From: Andalucia godoyi And28
Lineage: Eukaryota; Protista; Jakobida
DNA: 64,000 nt
Direction of reading: 5' to 3'
Assembly (NCBI GenBank): GCA_009859145.1
Contig: VRVR01000015.1
Coordinates: 299,705 to 363,704, forward strand
Shown here piece by piece: positions 60,293-64,000 of the stretch. Every line of letters starts with the position of its first letter. Position 1 is the stretch's first letter. A program made the translations under genes and the position numbers. The notes under the pieces were generated by a model, which had not been told where the DNA came from, did not search any database, and was given only the letters and a program-made list of their open reading frames with translations.

Positions 60293-61057
60293 ATGACGCA
60301 TGTGAAGTGCAATGTGTATGACATTATCGACAATTCGTATTCTGCATGGGCTGGAATCGGGGTATTCCACTCGGGGATTGAGGTGTACGGCGTGGAGTAC
60401 TCGTTTGGGGGCGGCCTTGGGTCTGCGACAGGCGTGTTTGGAATTGAGCCGCGATCTGCGGAAGGTGTCGTCTTTAGAGAAACGGTTGTGTTGGGCGAAA
60501 CGAAGCTGAGTCGGTCGGAGGTGGAAAGGATTGTGTGGGACATGGCGCGGGACTGGCCGTCGAATTCGTATGACTTGCTGGAACGAAACTGCAACGTGTT
60601 TTCCGATGCTCTTGCGCAAAGAATCTTGGGCGTCGGCGTCCCTGGGTTTGTGAATCGGCTGGCGCGTGTCGGCTCGTTCTTCCGATGCGTGCTGCCTGCA
60701 CAGCTCGTGGGCGACCAGGAGCCAGTCCGTGTGAACACAAGTGGAAATATGGTGCAGATCGGAGGACGCGTGCAAGGGGCTGCGACAGGGCCATCCGTGT
60801 TCCAGGGAACTGCCCGGACACTTCAGACTGCCAAGGAAGCCCGAGCCAATGTACATCAACGACAGGACGCAGCGTCCTCGTCTTCCTCGTCTGCTGCTGC
60901 TGCTTCGGCTTCGCAGACATCTTCTCACTCATACCCACAGCCAAAGAATATTACACCGGAAATGCAAAGAGAAATGATTCTTGCGGCAACGATAGCGAGG
61001 AATCAAGCGGCTAGAAGACCGGTTGGTGCGTCGAGTGCCACGTCCACGCGTGTGTAG
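60293..61057 (+). CDS. DESI: DeSI/PPPDE (C97) desumoylating/deubiquitinating peptidase
   Basis: GVFHSGIEVYGVEYSFG (catalytic His), YDLLERNCNVFS (catalytic Cys), PGFVNRLAR. Confidence 0.93.
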   Translation: MTHVKCNVYDIIDNSYSAWAGIGVFHSGIEVYGVEYSFGGGLGSATGVFGIEPRSAEGVVFRETVVLGETKLSRSEVERIVWDMARDWPSNSYDLLERNCNVFSDALAQRILGVGVPGFVNRLARVGSFFRCVLPAQLVGDQEPVRVNTSGNMVQIGGRVQGAATGPSVFQGTARTLQTAKEARANVHQRQDAASSSSSSAAAASASQTSSHSYPQPKNITPEMQREMILAATIARNQAARRPVGASSATSTRV

Positions 61058-61338
61058 CAGCGGAAAATGCTTTTCGCGCTTTCAACGAATTCGAATGGCT
61101 GAACGGGGCGTCATGTACAGGGCAGAAAACGTAAATTTTAGGGTTACGCTACAACGACAGCATGATGAAAACCAACATGTTTTAGATGTACATCCCAAGT
61201 TTTTTAAAACCAGACGAAAATTGCATTTACTCTTCTATGAAATTGATGATGATGACGACGACAGCAGCGCAGAGATAAACAAGAAACAGTCCGAGACAAG
61301 CAATACCAGGAACATCCCAGAGAAATGCGCGTCACGGA

Positions 61339-62931
61339 CTATGCGCGGAACTTGATTGGACTTTGTGAAACCCAGGCAGACTGGTACTTGGCGGTCATGA
61401 TCGGTTCGGTCAGCCGCAGAACTTTATCCAGGGACGCGGAGATGTCCTGTACCGACGAATCGGAGGGGTTGGTCTTTTTCAAAACTTCATCATAGGCCAA
61501 GCGAACGGCGTACACCAGATGCTCGACCACATCTCGTATCTCTTCCTGTTTCGCATTTTCCTCCTGTGTAATCAATCCGTCTTGTGCACGGCGCGTTGAA
61601 AATGGAAGATCAAGTTCTTCTACGCACAATATTGACAATAGCAAGTCGCGATCCCGGCAGAGCACACCCAAACCACTAATTACCAAATTCCTCTCGCAAA
61701 TCGACAAGTTTGCAGACGCAATCGTCTTTGCGTAGACAACATTCAGAAATGTCCGGAGTTCTGGAATCAAATGTTCGCGGAAATTGGATGCTATTGCCAA
61801 CAGAATCTGCAAGCAGAGCGTTGTCAACACGGGAACACGGCGTACCAATGCGAGATTGTTTAACACTGCTGGAGCAAGGTAGATCTTGATTTCTTCAGCA
61901 AACTGGGCTTTGAAGTGCGAAAAGAAGTTGGAACACTTGTCCAGCAAATGTTCAAGAATGGACAAGGCAAGCACTCGCGATCGCATTGCAGAACACGACG
62001 GATCTACAAGATCTTGGTCGCTGACGGCCGTCACAGCGAGCCCGCAGAACGAGCGGAACAGTCTGAGAACGTCCTTGTACGGCGTTGGGGCCGCAGCGAA
62101 TGAGCTGAAAGATGCCGAAGAAGACACTTTCGAAGTATTGGCGTCCATCGCTCCTTTTGCAGGAGTGGAGTATGCAGATGAAGATGTAGACACCTCATCA
62201 GCTGAAGACTGGGTCGAGACATGCTCCGTCGCAACCTTTGAACTTGCATGGATGATGACGTTCAGCAGGGCACCAAATGCCGCAGAGGACACTTCCGTAT
62301 CTGCAGAAAACACCTGGATGTTGAACAAGCAGCGAACGATAAGCACCAAATCCGAGCCGCGCACTGTGATATATGGCGATGCAGTGGCGGCAGCGCAAGC
62401 CTTGATAATATGCAAGTGTGCTGCAGCAACCATGTCCTGCATCTTCAGGACCGATCGCTGCTGCAGAGTAAAGAAGCTGATGATTGTCTGGATGAATTCC
62501 GATTCCGTCATCACTGTGGAATTCCGATCAAAGTACCCAAACGAAACCATGCTAGACAGCAGATCAAGCAAGTGCGGACAGACGGTCACGTCGACAATCC
62601 CCGAAAAATGCCGCGGTGTCGCAGACGGCAGTTTGGAAGGAGACGATGCCGCCGATGACGATGTTAGTGACCCCAATGACCCCGATGACGGCAGCTGCGG
62701 TTCGTTCGCGACTGGCAATGCAGGACGAATGGCAGCAAGCAACCGGTCTCCGATTCCCAGAGGCGTCTCTCCAGACTGAAACCGATGCAGAGCATTGAGT
62801 CCATTCTGAAGCGCTTGTAAGTACTCCTGCGGAATTGAGTGTTTTGCTTTCGTGGCCGCTTGCACTGCTGCAGACAATGGCGAAACCAGCAATCTCTCCA
62901 CGGTCCGAAAATCCAATTTGAAATCACTCAT
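61339..62931 (-). CDS. BIG/Sec7-family N-terminal (DCB-HUS) protein lacking the Sec7 domain
   Basis: LHIIKAC...VRCLFNI...A..AL, KDVLRLFRSFCGL, DPSCSAMRSRVLALSILEHLL, LQILLAIASNFREHL resemble BIG1/2 DCB-HUS. It stops after about 530 aa. Likely ATG 62931. Confidence 0.8.
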   Translation of the reverse strand: MSDFKLDFRTVERLLVSPLSAAVQAATKAKHSIPQEYLQALQNGLNALHRFQSGETPLGIGDRLLAAIRPALPVANEPQLPSSGSLGSLTSSSAASSPSKLPSATPRHFSGIVDVTVCPHLLDLLSSMVSFGYFDRNSTVMTESEFIQTIISFFTLQQRSVLKMQDMVAAAHLHIIKACAAATASPYITVRGSDLVLIVRCLFNIQVFSADTEVSSAAFGALLNVIIHASSKVATEHVSTQSSADEVSTSSSAYSTPAKGAMDANTSKVSSSASFSSFAAAPTPYKDVLRLFRSFCGLAVTAVSDQDLVDPSCSAMRSRVLALSILEHLLDKCSNFFSHFKAQFAEEIKIYLAPAVLNNLALVRRVPVLTTLCLQILLAIASNFREHLIPELRTFLNVVYAKTIASANLSICERNLVISGLGVLCRDRDLLLSILCVEELDLPFSTRRAQDGLITQEENAKQEEIRDVVEHLVYAVRLAYDEVLKKTNPSDSSVQDISASLDKVLRLTEPIMTAKYQSAWVSQSPIKFRA

Positions 62932-63695
62932 GCAGTCGAGGGGGAAATTGAGATATAATAATACAAAATGTACAACAAACGACGATGAAGCAGAAAAAGA
63001 AGAGACTGACAGAAAGACGCTCACTCCCGCAAAATGCAAACTCAAACGCAAGAAAAGCAGCCAGAAGAGGAATGAGAACGACAATTGGAGAACAATGGTT
63101 GTCGAGCAATCATGAATCGGGAAAGCAAACGAAAGATCTTGAAAGGCAAATCTTGGAAAGTGACAGAGTACAGCCGGCAGAAAGAGAGAGAAAGCGTCCT
63201 TTAGTTTGCCGCAGCCAGCAGGACGACTTTAGAATCTTTTTTGATCACCGACATGCAGTGTGAGGGGTGCATTTTACATCGTTAGGCATCATTTGTGCAG
63301 GTAGTGAGAGAGCGAGGTGTGCTTATAAGTGTGCATCTCTCTCTCGCTTACGCAGAAGGTCTAATTAATGCACAGCAGAAGAAAAAAAAGTGGCATTTTC
63401 AATTGGGCGGTTTTTGAGTGGCTTTTAATTAATGTTCGAATCTGAATACGATCCGGACGTTTCGCATCACATTCTGAAGCTCTGGTCCGTGTCCAAAGCC
63501 CGAGCTCGTCTTTTTTCCGTCGTCTGGAGGCAGGAGACTCTCTCTTACCAGCAGCTCTTGCCTCTTCAGGTGTCGACTGTTTCACCAGCTGTAGACTGCG
63601 AAGTGTTTGTTGCGAATCCCCGCTGCAGATGGAGGAGCGAAAAGACTCTTCTACTGTGCGTTTGCTTTGCTTTATGAGAAACTGTCTCGCCCGCG

Positions 63696-63697
<2 letters not shown>

Positions 63698-63726
<29 letters not shown>
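63698..63726. repeat. (CA)n microsatellite
   Basis: Directly visible. Confidence 0.9.
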
Positions 63727-63730
<4 letters not shown>

Positions 63731-64000
63731 TTACGGACGCTCTCATACAATATCGCTCTCACGGAATGTCATCGTTGGAATATTGCCGGTCGTCGATCCA
63801 GCGAGTATCGGAGCTGCTTCCAGTGTTGCGTCCACTTGTGCTTCCAAAGGGGTTCTCAATCACTGAGCTCGATAATCTTGCTTCGGCACACATTCAGCTT
63901 GCCGTCCGTTCGAAGCATGCGAATGGCGACGTGTCGTGTGCTAAATGCGGCTGCGTTGGGCTGCTAGATGCAACGAGTCACCATGCAGATTCAAAAATCA

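Noticed and set aside
63700-64000. TGA=Trp reassignment suggested by a minus-strand frame reading through two TGAs
   Set aside because: Conserved genes end in TGA (RING, striatin, calpain) and use TGG for conserved Trp. The region is left unannotated.

Overview
This is a gene-dense, intron-poor window from a eukaryotic (protist) nuclear genome using the standard genetic code, with genes on both strands. I can support about 25 intact protein-coding genes, only one of which has an intron I can support (cathepsin Z). Genes are separated by short AT-rich, microsatellite-rich spacers. Recognisable genes are striatin, cathepsin Z, ELMOD, quinone oxidoreductase, OLA1/YchF, soluble pyrophosphatase, TDP2-like EEP, Sec31, TMEM260, cytosolic LeuRS, LRRC9-like, mitoribosomal bS21m, ABHD4/5-like, AFG1/LACE1, a plant-type catalase and a DeSI/PPPDE peptidase, plus one solitary 5S rRNA gene. 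The most unusual content is a set of membrane sensor-like proteins: a DEK1-like multi-pass calpain, two very large receptors with unrelated ectodomains on what looks like the same multi-TM module, and a frameshifted GAIN/GPS single-pass gene. Also notable are a BIG/Sec7-family protein reduced to DCB-HUS, a lipid-anchored DA2/Sip5-type RING protein, a DeSI with p97-binding-like motifs, two further decayed gene-like blocks and a strand-biased upstream GAATCC motif. No CRISPR array, transposase or tRNA was found. Taxonomy is inference only: a flagellated protist, possibly Discoba (jakobid-like). All family assignments come from motif recognition by eye, and no database search was run.
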